Source of the DNA: an uncultured virus (IMG/VR IMGVR_UViG_3300009432_000017)
Taxonomy: Duplodnaviria > Heunggongvirae > Uroviricota > Caudoviricetes > Schitoviridae
DNA: 64,000 bases
IMG/VR virus record: IMGVR_UViG_3300009432_000017
Strand: one strand, 5' to 3'
The stretch's first letter is position 1. Each line of letters begins with the position of its first letter. Positions 27,055-38,700 of this stretch are shown here, in pieces. A program made the position numbers and the translations under genes. Below the pieces are notes generated by a model, which saw only the letters and a program-made list of their open reading frames with translations, searched no databases and was not told the origin of the DNA.

Positions 27055-28221
27055 ATGAGTTTTGAGTCGCTTACTGAGGGCACGATAGAAGGTAACGGTA
27101 TCTTTGACCGATTGATGGCTGTTACCAAAGCACACCTTGATACAGAGTATTCTAAGAATAGGTTATCAGGTGAAGAGTACGCTAAAGCTTATACTGCTAT
27201 TACTACTACAGTTCTACAGCAAGCGATTCAATTCCAATTAACCGATGCACAGTCTGCAGCACAAGTAGCCCTTACTGAAGCGCAGACAGCTAAAGTACTT
27301 TTGGACACTGAAGTGTCCACAGTACAGAAAGCTAACTTAGTACTTGAAGGTGCCAATATACTTAAGCAGGGTGTAAGCCTTGATAAAGAAATTCAATTGG
27401 CAGATGCCCAGTTAGCTAAGCTAGCTAAAGAAACATTAATGGTTGCTCAACAAACTGAATTACTTGTTGTTGATACAGCTAACAAGACTTTAGAAGGTCT
27501 ACAGATTGCGGCACAAACAGCCAGTATTGCTATTAGTGATACTAAGACGCAATCTGAGGTATTAATCTTAAACCAACAGTTACTTAATTTGGGTACTGAG
27601 AGAGCCAATGCAGTATTACAAGGTGACTTAATACTTGAGCAAATTAACAAGCTACAAGCAGACATTCTTGATACAAATGCAAACGTTACTTACAGAACTA
27701 AGCAATCAGCTTTAGTAGACCAACAAGTAACTAATTTAACTGCAGATGCATTGAACATACCTAAGCAGGGTATTGTACTAGACAGGCAGGCTTTTAAATT
27801 AGATGAGGATATTACTTCTTCTCAACTTGACCAACTACAAACCCAGAAGCAAACAGACATGTTAACTGCACAGATTAGTAAGTTGTCTTCTGACATAGCA
27901 TTGATAGATTCTAATATAACTAAGACAACTCAAGAGATTAGTGTATTGGCTCAGCGTGCTAAAACAGAAGAAGCGCAGATCAGGGACACTGTAGATGGTC
28001 TTGCTGTTACCGGTGTTGTTGGTAAGCAGAAAGCCTTATACGCAGCTCAGACTGAAGGTTATGCCAGAGATGCAGAGCAGAAGGTTCTTAAAACTATGGC
28101 CGATGTATGGGCCGTACAGAGAACCACAGATACAGGTTTTCAACCTACTGCCGCTGGATTGGGTAACGATGCTATAGCTGCTGTAGTGGCCAAAGCTAAG
28201 TCAGGTATTGGAGTGGTTTAA
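27055..28221 (+). CDS. N4 gp54-like structural (tail) protein
   Basis: GIFDRLM...HL..EY..NR..GEEYAKAY, GVVGKQK.LY.AQ..GY.RDAEQK; coiled coil. Confidence 0.85.
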   Translation: MSFESLTEGTIEGNGIFDRLMAVTKAHLDTEYSKNRLSGEEYAKAYTAITTTVLQQAIQFQLTDAQSAAQVALTEAQTAKVLLDTEVSTVQKANLVLEGANILKQGVSLDKEIQLADAQLAKLAKETLMVAQQTELLVVDTANKTLEGLQIAAQTASIAISDTKTQSEVLILNQQLLNLGTERANAVLQGDLILEQINKLQADILDTNANVTYRTKQSALVDQQVTNLTADALNIPKQGIVLDRQAFKLDEDITSSQLDQLQTQKQTDMLTAQISKLSSDIALIDSNITKTTQEISVLAQRAKTEEAQIRDTVDGLAVTGVVGKQKALYAAQTEGYARDAEQKVLKTMADVWAVQRTTDTGFQPTAAGLGNDAIAAVVAKAKSGIGVV

Positions 28222-28256
28222 TGCCTGCCAGTAAAAACAATTTAAAGAATGGGGAG

Positions 28257-28281
28257 AGGGGGGCGTAAGCCTCCTTTTTTT
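28257..28281 (+). terminator. Intrinsic terminator abutting the gp53-like start
   Basis: AGGGGGGC-GTAA-GCCTCCT-TTTTTT. Confidence 0.75.
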
Positions 28282-28284
28282 GTT

Positions 28285-30747
28285 ATGGGGATATTTAGTA
28301 GTAAATATAAAACATATGTGGCCAGCACTTCGATACCATTATTTGACTTAGACCCTGAGCCACTTAAAGAGAGTGTACTTAGCAGTATAATACGTGGAGA
28401 GCGCGTAGGTCAGAATCTAATACAAGATGCTATAAATGGTGGTTCTGGTAAGTTAGATAGATACTATCAGTATGGTAGGGACAACTATGCCAGAGGGCTA
28501 CCAAGCGGTACCTTTGAGCAAACCATATTACAGTCAGATGATATAGTGGCTTATATTGAATCACTTGAAACAGACTCTGTAACAGTTACTTCAGTAGACT
28601 TTGAATTAGATGAACCAGAGTTCTTTCTTAAAGACCACTTGGTTACTGAGTACGGGCACAACAGGTTTAAAGGAACAGTCACTGATATACCTGCCGCTAC
28701 TTTAGCTCAAATGGATATAGATGAATCCAATTACCTAGCAACAGTACAGGCCACATTAGAAGGATACCTGCCAGCGCAGCGTGTAGGTATCCCTGTAAGT
28801 AGAACAGTAGAAACACCGGTTAATTATCAAGATAGGGTAGCCACTAAAGTAGAGGTATTTACTGTAACAAGTGAAGAGAAAGCCCTACTTATACCTATTA
28901 CAAAAAGACAAAACTTTATAGATAATACCGAGATTAATGCAGGAACACCCACAGTCATATCTTACGACATAAACTTCAGCAGTAGGTTAGGTATAAAGGT
29001 TACGGGTAAAGCAGTAATATCCTACAAAGAGGATGTAACTACGCACTATGTGTTTGATGACGATGCTTCAGAGACAACACCTATTTCATTACCTGGCTTA
29101 AGTAAAAATACGACTCCTGTATTAGAGACATTCATTAATTCGTTTACTTACCCATATACTGAGGTTTACACAAAAACCGTAAATAGGAAGATGCCTTATT
29201 ACTACATAGAATATTTCACTACATTCTCAGAGTTAGATAAGCCTGATGTACTCACACCAAAGCACTTATTTTATTCAGAAAGTGAAGCTAGTGTAATTGG
29301 TGCTGCGTTTCCTAAAGGAACAAGAGAAGATATTAATCCGTACTACCCAGTAGTAGTACTCAGAAGAGACAACGTAGACTTATTTACGCCTGCAGATGCA
29401 GAAACCATTACTTACACTACAAGCCAAAAGCTCCTAGATATCTATGGTTTAAATGCAACAGACCTTGCAGATAGTATAAACCAGAACGAGGGTATTGACT
29501 CAATAGACCATGCTTACTTGGTTTCAGGTATAAATCTAAACACAGATAAGCAAAGTGGTTTGCGGTACTTAATAGAATACTTTGACTATATCTCTGATGT
29601 AACAAATGAGCCCCCATTACCTTCTGTAGTTACAACCGGTAATAGATCACTTAATATTTATAGAGATGTAGCGCTAAGAGTAGGGGTGAGCTATGGTGTA
29701 AATTCTGTAAAAATATTAGAAGGTGGTTTAGACTCCTCGATGTACTGGAGCAGCATAACCAAAGAATTGATACAGGGTAAAATAGGTACTACTGGTTTTG
29801 TTAAATCTAAAATAGATATTGTAGGTAATGTTGAGTTAATTACTTTTTCGCATCAAATTGACCAGAACACTTACAGACAAATTAAGATTTATGGCCTTAA
29901 ACATATTAATAGTATTTACCAACAGCATACTGTAGTAACCACTTTAAAAGACTTAGTAGAGAATGATGATGAAAATAGTTTCATTATTCCACTTAATAGT
30001 TTAGTAGTTAATAGTTTAGATGTCTTTACTAAGAGTGCATTATTCTATGCAGCACCACACTTGGTGTTTTATAGTTATGACCGCGTAAAACTTAAGTGGT
30101 ACCAGACAAGTTTATTTAAAGTTTTCATGATTGTGTTGGCCATAGTTGTGTTTGTGTTTACTGGTATAGAAATATACAGTATATACGCTGCAGCTATCGC
30201 AACTGGAGCTACGGTTGGTGTAGCACTTTGGGCCGTAAGTGTTTATATAATAAATCTAGTACTAACTAATGTTGTACTTTCTTACGCTTTTAAATACGTA
30301 ATTAAGGTACTAGGTACAGAATTTGCTTTTTTAGCTGCTATAATGGCGTTTGCATCAGCCGCTTACGGCAACTTCGCAGGAGTTGAGTCACTAGCTGCTA
30401 CATGGGCATCAGAGTTAATGATGCTCAGTACAGGTATAAGTAAAGCCATTACTGAAAGTATGGCTGAAGATTTAGAAGACTTGCTAAAAGAAGCGAGTAT
30501 CTTTGAAGCAGAAGCAAAAGATTTAATGGATGAGTTAGAGCAGAAGCAAGAATTACTTGCACCCTCTAAACTACTCGACCCATTTGAATTTATTAGGACA
30601 GAGCCATTAAACGACTTTAATGAGACACCTACTAATTTCTACAACCGCACAATACACAACGTTAATGTTGCATCGCTTAGTTACAGCGCAATAGAAGATT
30701 TCGTTGATCTCAATTTAGCCCTACCAAAAGTTAATCATAATTTTTAA
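28285..30747 (+). CDS. N4 gp53-like virion protein with C-terminal hydrophobic helices
   Basis: MGIFSSK start, VKLKWYQT followed by TM-like segments; gene order. Confidence 0.8.
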   Translation: MGIFSSKYKTYVASTSIPLFDLDPEPLKESVLSSIIRGERVGQNLIQDAINGGSGKLDRYYQYGRDNYARGLPSGTFEQTILQSDDIVAYIESLETDSVTVTSVDFELDEPEFFLKDHLVTEYGHNRFKGTVTDIPAATLAQMDIDESNYLATVQATLEGYLPAQRVGIPVSRTVETPVNYQDRVATKVEVFTVTSEEKALLIPITKRQNFIDNTEINAGTPTVISYDINFSSRLGIKVTGKAVISYKEDVTTHYVFDDDASETTPISLPGLSKNTTPVLETFINSFTYPYTEVYTKTVNRKMPYYYIEYFTTFSELDKPDVLTPKHLFYSESEASVIGAAFPKGTREDINPYYPVVVLRRDNVDLFTPADAETITYTTSQKLLDIYGLNATDLADSINQNEGIDSIDHAYLVSGINLNTDKQSGLRYLIEYFDYISDVTNEPPLPSVVTTGNRSLNIYRDVALRVGVSYGVNSVKILEGGLDSSMYWSSITKELIQGKIGTTGFVKSKIDIVGNVELITFSHQIDQNTYRQIKIYGLKHINSIYQQHTVVTTLKDLVENDDENSFIIPLNSLVVNSLDVFTKSALFYAAPHLVFYSYDRVKLKWYQTSLFKVFMIVLAIVVFVFTGIEIYSIYAAAIATGATVGVALWAVSVYIINLVLTNVVLSYAFKYVIKVLGTEFAFLAAIMAFASAAYGNFAGVESLAATWASELMMLSTGISKAITESMAEDLEDLLKEASIFEAEAKDLMDELEQKQELLAPSKLLDPFEFIRTEPLNDFNETPTNFYNRTIHNVNVASLSYSAIEDFVDLNLALPKVNHNF

Positions 30748-30758
30748 GGATCCTTCCT

Positions 30759-31301
30759 ATGGCAGTAACAGAGAGCTGGTTTAACCCCCAAACACCAATG
30801 AACTATTCAGTACCTCAAACCAATATGTTTGAGGGTATGGGTGGTATTAACGACACAAGCCAAAGTTGGGGTAACTTTGGTAATTCTACAGGTAATAGCC
30901 CAGGTAAAGTAAATTCTTCTTGGAGTGCGCTAGGCGGTAAAAATGACGATGGCTCTACCACTAACGGTTTTCTCATGCCAGGACTACAAGCAGTAGGTGG
31001 GCTCGCCAATGCATGGCTTGGTTTCCAGCAACAGAGCTTGGCTAAGAAACAATTCGCCTTTCAGAAGTCTGCTTTCACTCAGCAGTACAACCAACAAGCC
31101 CAATCCATGAATACACAGCTAGCTGACAGACAGGCTGCCAGAGTAGACGCAGGTGGTAACTACCAGTCAGTAGGTGACTACATGAATGATAATAAAATAC
31201 AAAGCTATGGTGCACAGCCTAATGCACAGCCACAAGTGGCGGCACAACAGAACCAACAACCTCAGCAAGCTAACTACCGTAGACTTCCAGGAGTTGCATA
31301 A
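30759..31301 (+). CDS. N4 gp52-like ejection protein
   Basis: Gly/Asn/Gln-rich, LAKKQFAFQK..F...YN.Q...NTQL.DRQ.AR. Confidence 0.8.
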   Translation: MAVTESWFNPQTPMNYSVPQTNMFEGMGGINDTSQSWGNFGNSTGNSPGKVNSSWSALGGKNDDGSTTNGFLMPGLQAVGGLANAWLGFQQQSLAKKQFAFQKSAFTQQYNQQAQSMNTQLADRQAARVDAGGNYQSVGDYMNDNKIQSYGAQPNAQPQVAAQQNQQPQQANYRRLPGVA

Positions 31302-32692
31302 TGGCTAACGTAATAACTTGGCGTAACATCAATGCACCCAGCTTCGCTGGAGTGCAGCAAGGCATGGCATCTGCAAGAGAAGGTATTTCAGATGGTATAG
31401 CTGGATTACAAGGCGCACTACAGACTGTCAGAACCAATAATGATAACTCTTTCGATGAAGCTCGTGATATGAAAACACAGAGCTTAATGGATCAGATACA
31501 AGGCTTAGGCAACTTAGATGGTTATGGTGACTTGAGTACTGATGTACGTAGTCAGTTAGATGGTATGGGTTCTGGTCAAGTAGACAAGAGTAAGATACTG
31601 GCTTCACTAGGCCAACGCGATGATACTCTTCGTACTGACGCTACCAATGAGTACAACTACAGTGAAGCACAACGTAAGCAACGTGAAGACCCTATAATTG
31701 CTGCAGCACGTTCTCGTATACAGAATGGTACAGCTACTATAGATGGTCTATCTGGTTTAGATATTCAGGATACTTCAGGATTAACTAAGAGCTTCAATGA
31801 TAAGTTGAGATCTGATAAAGATTACGCTTATGGACAAGATCAAATCAGGCAGTCAGAAGTAGGCGCACAAGGCGCAATTAGCCTAGGACAGACAGCACAA
31901 ACTGAGGGTGACTTAACTCGTATACAGAATAAATATATTAAAGATAATAACCTTAAAGGTAGACACGCTACTGAATTTAAAGCTGCCACTGATGCTACCT
32001 ATAAACGTGCCAATACACTAACCACTGAAGCCAATAATGAAATAACGGATAGAGCTAGTCAATATACGTCAAGTGTAAGTTCTCTCTCAAGACAGAGGGA
32101 TTTCGTTAAGCAACAGACCATACCTGCGGTTCTACCGGAAGAAGTAGAAAGTTACTCTAGTGACTACGCTAAGTCAGATGCTGTTAAGTATATTGGTGAG
32201 CTTTCTGGTGAAACGCCTACATTCCAGATTAACACACCAACAGCATTACTCAACTCTGGGGTAGAAGGCAAAGAAAACGGTATCACTTACGCTGAGAAAG
32301 GTATAAAAGAAATTGAAGAGAAGCTTTTGGCTGATATTGCTAAGAGTTTACCTACTGAAGATGGCAAAGTTACTTCTACAAGCCAGTTACACGAAAACTT
32401 TAAGAGAGATGGTATACCCGGTATAGTAGTAAAAAGAGCTTTTGATAGGACTGCAAGAGAAGGTAGTGAAGAGAGTAAAGGTGGTGAGTGGGAGTATGAA
32501 CAGTTCACAAACCTTCTTAAAGAAGAGTTTAAGGCTTACGCTTCTTACAAGGATAAGATATTCAAATCACAACAGTTCGATAAAGAAACAGAAAATCAGT
32601 TAAGTACACTTACAAAACAAAATGCTGATAATCTAAGAAAGTTTGAGAAGCAGCATAGTGGATTCCAAAAGTTCACTAACCAACCAAAATAA
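31301..32692 (+). CDS. N4 gp51-like ejection protein
   Basis: ITWRNI N-terminus; helical; immediately upstream of the vRNAP gene. Confidence 0.75.
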   Translation: MANVITWRNINAPSFAGVQQGMASAREGISDGIAGLQGALQTVRTNNDNSFDEARDMKTQSLMDQIQGLGNLDGYGDLSTDVRSQLDGMGSGQVDKSKILASLGQRDDTLRTDATNEYNYSEAQRKQREDPIIAAARSRIQNGTATIDGLSGLDIQDTSGLTKSFNDKLRSDKDYAYGQDQIRQSEVGAQGAISLGQTAQTEGDLTRIQNKYIKDNNLKGRHATEFKAATDATYKRANTLTTEANNEITDRASQYTSSVSSLSRQRDFVKQQTIPAVLPEEVESYSSDYAKSDAVKYIGELSGETPTFQINTPTALLNSGVEGKENGITYAEKGIKEIEEKLLADIAKSLPTEDGKVTSTSQLHENFKRDGIPGIVVKRAFDRTAREGSEESKGGEWEYEQFTNLLKEEFKAYASYKDKIFKSQQFDKETENQLSTLTKQNADNLRKFEKQHSGFQKFTNQPK

Positions 32693-32719
32693 GTAAATAG
32701 TACTCTCCCCATAATACCT

Positions 32720-32754
32720 AACCAGCCTATATGTTCTCGACATATAGGCTGGTT
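32720..32754. other. Perfect 15-bp inverted repeat upstream of the vRNAP gene
   Basis: AACCAGCCTATATGT-TCTCG-ACATATAGGCTGGTT. Confidence 0.85.
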
Positions 32755-32771
32755 CTACATAGGAACTCGCA

Positions 32772-35700
32772 ATGAGTGATCCAAATCTTGTACCTCAAAC
32801 CACCTCCTCCATACTAGAAAACGCCATAAACAGAAATCAACCCAAAGTAGCTAATGCCACCACAAACAAACTTGCCAAACTAAGTAAAGCTGCAGAAGTA
32901 AACTCTCAAAAATTAGCTTCTATTACTGAAGAACCATTAGGTTACGTCGACGCTAATATCGCTGAGCGTATGCGTAGAGCAGTACAGAGTACTGGTGCTT
33001 TTGTTGGTGACAATGACCTTGATACAATATCTGGTGCAACACTTAACACAGTTACTGCTATAGCACTAGATGCAGCGCGTATAGCAGGTAACTTTACATC
33101 TGCTGGTGATAATGAAGAAGCAGTTGGTTACTTAAGTAAATTAAGCGATGCTGCCAGAGATGCCCTATACAAAGAGAAGCAGGGTATAGCCTTAACTCCA
33201 GAAGAGTCTGCTGAACTAGATAAGCCTATCGATATAGGTAAAAAGTCAGATCATCAGTATGGGGGTTTTACAGACACCGCTGAATTAGTTGGTGCCCGCG
33301 AAGTGTATGATAAGTATAAAACAGCACAACAAAAAGCGCAGAAAGATAAGAACTACTACACCGAAGATACTTGGCTCACTAAAGGGTTTAACACACTTAA
33401 AAGAGAGCAGCTTAATCGAGATTTAGCCGGTGCTTGGGACAGCATGGATGATGCAATATCTAACGCTGATGGAGTGTTTGACACTATAAAAGTGGGCGCT
33501 AAGCTGTCTGAGGGTGTAGGTGCCTTATTAGATAACGTAGGTGCAACCGTAGAGTACGCTGCTGAGAGTGCACTAAGTACTGTATTATCTGTAAACCCTT
33601 ATACCGCTATAGCTAATACCTTAGCTTACTCTAGTGATGTAAGGTCACAGAATCTTAGAAACAGTGACGAGGAAACAGAGAGGTTAGTAAGTAAAGCTAA
33701 GCAACGTGAGTTAGGCCAAGAAGCATTATTAGCCGGAGGCTTAGAGTATATAAGTAACGCTACATTAGCTTCAGTCTCTGGATTAAAAGCTTTAAGTAGG
33801 GCTGGCAAAGCTAAAGTACCTTCTAAAGAGGCAGTCAAGAAATCATTATTAAAATCCACTGCAACCCGTGTAGCAAAGACTACAGGAGCTATCGCTCAAG
33901 AAAGTGTAACAGAAGGTATCCAAACAGCCATTGAAGGGGACAACTTTGGTAAAGACTTCAACCTTAAGGAGGATGGTAAAGAAGTATTCACAGGTGCTGC
34001 CATAGGTTTAGGTGCTGCAGGCGTAACTACAATTCCTAGTCAAGCACTAGGTGTAGTAAAAGACGGTACTAAGGGTGCTATACAAGCCACCACTAATAAA
34101 GTAATAGCCAAGGCTAACGCAAATAAAAAGAAAGAAGCTGCCTTAGACTCTGTCGTTGAATCAGGGGATTACAACTCATATGTAGAGGCAGCTCTTAATG
34201 AGGATATTACTACCGATAAAGGTAGTGTTAGATCTGCATTAGATACCATTACTAAACTATATGATGTTGCGAATAATAAAAATACTTTAGATGCAGATAA
34301 ATCTAGTGGACTTTTAAAAGCATACACAAGTACTATCGCGGCCGCTTTTGAGCAAGAGGATAAGTTATACGCAGAAAGAGATAGGACTACTGACCCTAAA
34401 AAGATTAAAGAAATTAATGAAAAGATAGGGGTACTTCAAGACGTTATAGAAAATAATGATCTTGTAAGAATGCAAGCCAAAGAAGCAGGTTTGATTAAAT
34501 CAATGGACACCGTTAATAGTATAACGGCCTCAACAGACAGGGACGCAAAGTTTGAGATTGATGCTCAGCGTATCTTTGATACTAATGAGTACAATCCAGG
34601 TGCGTTAAATACGGAACAGATGACTGCATTATTATCGTCAGATAAATGGACATCGCAAGAACGCACACAGCTTGAAGCATCGGCTGAAGTGGTTAAAGCA
34701 CAAGAAGAGTCCAACGCTTTCAAGGAAGAAGGTAAGCTTAAAACAAAGGAGCAAGTACACGGTGAGGTTATTGCCGGTAAGCGTACAGCAAATCCTGAAA
34801 TCCCTAATGTATTTGGGAGTAACAACTATAGGCAGATGGTATTCTCTGCCATAAATGAAGGTAATACTGAAAAAGTAAAAGCAATCCGTGAGAAGTTCCA
34901 GTCTTTTGCTCAAAGACACATAGACAAAGCAGAAGTCTTTAAGACTGCATACGCTCCCTATGCTAGAAGAACAGTAGCTCAATCCAGTAGAGGTAATCCT
35001 GCACCTGAACCAGCAACACAAGCTGAGCTAGATGCTGCCCAATATATTCGTGATAATTACAAGACACTAGCTGGCCCAGGCTTCGAGGTAGTTAATACTT
35101 CTGCTGGCCCAGTGGTTCAGTCTATTCAATTAGAAGCTGCAGTACTTGCTGCTACGTTAGCTGAAGTAGATGTGTCTATAACAAACGGTAAGCGTGAGCC
35201 TGTAGTTACAGAAGAAGTAACCCCTACTAAAGTCGAACTAACTAAAACAGGTAAACATACTCCTAAAGACCAAGTTAAGTCTGATCAAGCTAATAAGTTT
35301 ATAGGTGTTGGTTCAGAGAAGTCTTCTACAAACCAGTATGCTAAAGACTGGGGCGACAATGCTAACACTGGCTCCTATGAAGCTACTGACACCGTATTTA
35401 TTAGTGCAGAGGGTAATCGCAGCAACAGAGTAGATACTGACTTGTCTGAGGTTGATAGAGCCATTACAGCAGGTGCCACTATTATTACTGATACCTCTGG
35501 TCATGGTAATAGTAAATACAATGAAGTAGGTGAAGGAAAGTTACAAGCCTACTTAACCAGTAAGGGTTACACGGCTAAACAGGAGACTGTTGATGGACAT
35601 TCTTTTAATAAATGGAACAAAGTTACCCCAACAGAAAATAATGTCACTGAAGTCGTTACAGAGCCACCTGCTACGCAGGAGCCTCAAGAACAAGTAGAGG

Positions 35701-38700
35701 AAGTAGTTGCTGAGCCGCAGGCAGAAGCAACTGTAGAAGGTGATGTAGAACCGGAACCATCTATTATTAATGACACTGTTGTAGAGCCAGAACAAACAGA
35801 AGCTGCTACTAAGTTAGAAGAGGTCACTGGTAGGATTACTGCACTCAATGATCAAGTGGCTGCCATCGATGAACAACTCTCCAATGATAATGCATCACAG
35901 CGTCGTAGGGATGCCATTATAGCTCTTGGTTTAAACAGTAATAGTTTGACCGATGCAGATAAGAAAGCTGTCCGTGCAAAAGTAGATGAAACAAAAAGAA
36001 GTCTTCTTGATGATAAGAAGAAACTTAATAAAGAAATAGAAACAATCACTAAGAAAGAACTAGCCCAGGCTGAAGCAGCAGTGGTTAGTGAAACGTTTGC
36101 TGATGATACCGAAGGTTATACGGATAAAGCGCGAGAAACCATTCGTAATATTATCCGTGCTGGCTTAGAAGTTGAAGGTGTTAAGGGTCTTTTCAAAGCA
36201 GCGGAAGGTGATAAAGAAGCTACTAAAGATGTTCACAGTAAGCTTAAAGAAGCTACTGCAAAGGTTAAAAAGCTTAGGTCTGATCTAAAGGTATTATTAG
36301 GCACAGCAGAGAAGTTCAGTGCTGCACAAGAAATAATGGATGGCTACTCAGATACTAAGTTTGGCCGTTGGTTCCAAGTAGGTAAGCCAAAGGGTGTAAT
36401 AGGTAATGTACAAGGCGTAATAGCTAGGCTTAAAGTATTACCAGAGCTTGCTTTAGCTTACGCCCAGTCAGAGTTTATTATGTCTCCTCGTAAGAGTGCG
36501 GCTATAAAAGATTTCGTTGGTTTTGCTGAAACATTCTCTAAAGTACTTAATGACCTGTCGCCTCTAAATGTATTAGACATACATGTGCATAACCGTATGA
36601 ATGCGGCGTTCTTAAAAGATGGAAAACTTACTGATTCTGCATTAGCTGCTATGTCTGCTGCTGCATATAGCTTCTTGGCTTTTGAAGCCAAAGGTACTAT
36701 TTACCCGAGCCCTACTGACATGGCTAGCTTACTTGGTTTACCAGATAAGGACAGCGTAGGTTCAAGCGATTACATTAATCACAGTGACATGGGTGTTAGT
36801 CGTATCAGGCTTGCCAGTGGGATAGGGAGAGATATAGCAGGTGCACTTGGCATAGACTACAACCCAGAAACAACCAATGCGGATAAGCAGTCTGAGCTTC
36901 ATACTGCACTGGGTAACTTTGTTCTTGGTGCTTTACAGCATAAAGGCTTCGTAGAGTTACACCAAAAGACAGTTCAATCTACTTTGAAAACCAAAAATGG
37001 TAAGCCACTTAAGAAAGGCGAGAAAGGAGATGTAGTAGACAGATACCTCACAGGTGTGCGGGTAGCTACTTTGGAAGATGGTAAGGAAATGATACCTACC
37101 GTACAAAGTAAAATTGACATCAATGAAGACACTGACCGGGTCGTAGGAGAGTTACTTAATCCAAGTAAAGCTGCTACAGCTCCTAGCCTAGCTCCTGTAT
37201 TAACCACAGCAGACAAGTTAAAGAACACTGTACGAAACGTAGCTGACACAGTCAGTAAGATGCTTTTGCAAGCCCAGGCGAAGCCGTGGGGCTTGTCAGA
37301 ACAAACAGACAATATCATGCAGTTATTTGATGGTGCCCAACTTGATAAGGTACTAGGTCTAGTTAGTAAAGAAGATTTAGCTAAGATGACAGAAGGTAAT
37401 CGAAAGACGCATCTTGCTAAAAACTCAGCAATACAGAAGGACTGGGATAACCTACAAAGTTACCGAAACAGCTTGAAAGGGACTAAGAAGGGTTTAGCTA
37501 CTCCATTCTACTTTACCTATGCACCTTGGAAAAACCTACGTGTGGGTATAGCAAACACATTGGTTAACCCCCAATCCTCTAAAATAGTAAGGGGATTAGT
37601 TGGCTTAAAAAAATGGAAAACTGAAGTAAGTCTTAATGACCAAGTTATGCAGGACAACTTCTTATATGGTATTGCCCAAGGACTAGACTTTAAAGTTAAA
37701 GGTCTTGGTGCAGACAAGTTGACTATGCCTACGCTACTTGCAGCTTTAACTAAAGAGCTAAATATAAGTGAACTGGATGGCGTTACTAAGCTTGAAGAGA
37801 ATAATGAAACCCCTCTTTTTGTAGAGGCAGCTCAAGCTATACATATGATTAACTCTGATGCTGATATTAGTACTGAAGATATGGCTTCATCCAGGGAAGT
37901 AATAGTGAGGGCCATAGAGAAAGCTGGGGAGAATACCCACACATTACTCGCACTTACTAATCTAGGAAGATTCTTGGATGCTAAGAAGAATGGCAAAAAG
38001 TCTTTTACTTCTGATATCTGGATTGAGCTAGATGGTATTACTAATGGACCAGCCATTGGTTTAATACAATTTGGTAACCACGACATGGCAGGTCTTTTAG
38101 AAAAAGCAGGTGTCTACTCTGATGAACGTCGCTCTAATGGTGAGTTCAAGGAAAGTGGTGAGAATGATATGTATGAGACTCTAAAAGAGGAGTGGAGTTC
38201 TAGTATCAGCGCAATGATGACAACAGCTAAAGCTAATAACGATGTTGGAATAATTAACGGGTTAAATGCAATAAAGCATTTTATGGGTAGCATTGTAAGA
38301 AGCACTGCTAAAGGTCCACTCATGACTAATGTGTATGGTGCTGGATTGGGAGGCATACTTGATGACTTCGGTGAGTCATTACTTGAAAGCATCAATACTA
38401 AAATAGAAGAAGTTGTTAACGACGATAGCAAGACCACTACTCAAAAGAATAAAGAGTTAGCTAAGATTAATAAGTTCATTAGCTACTTATCAGGTAGCAG
38501 GGATAACTTGGTTTTAAACGGTGACCCTAAATTCTTACTTACTAAAGAAGGTGCGCTTAACTTTAAGACACAGGCTGCAATAAAGAATGCTGCTGGCGGT
38601 TTGCACTATGAGTCACTAGGTAATGCAATAGATAGTATGTTTGAAGGATTCAAAGAGAACAGAGCAGAGTACAACGGTGCAATGCAATCTATGAATGAAG

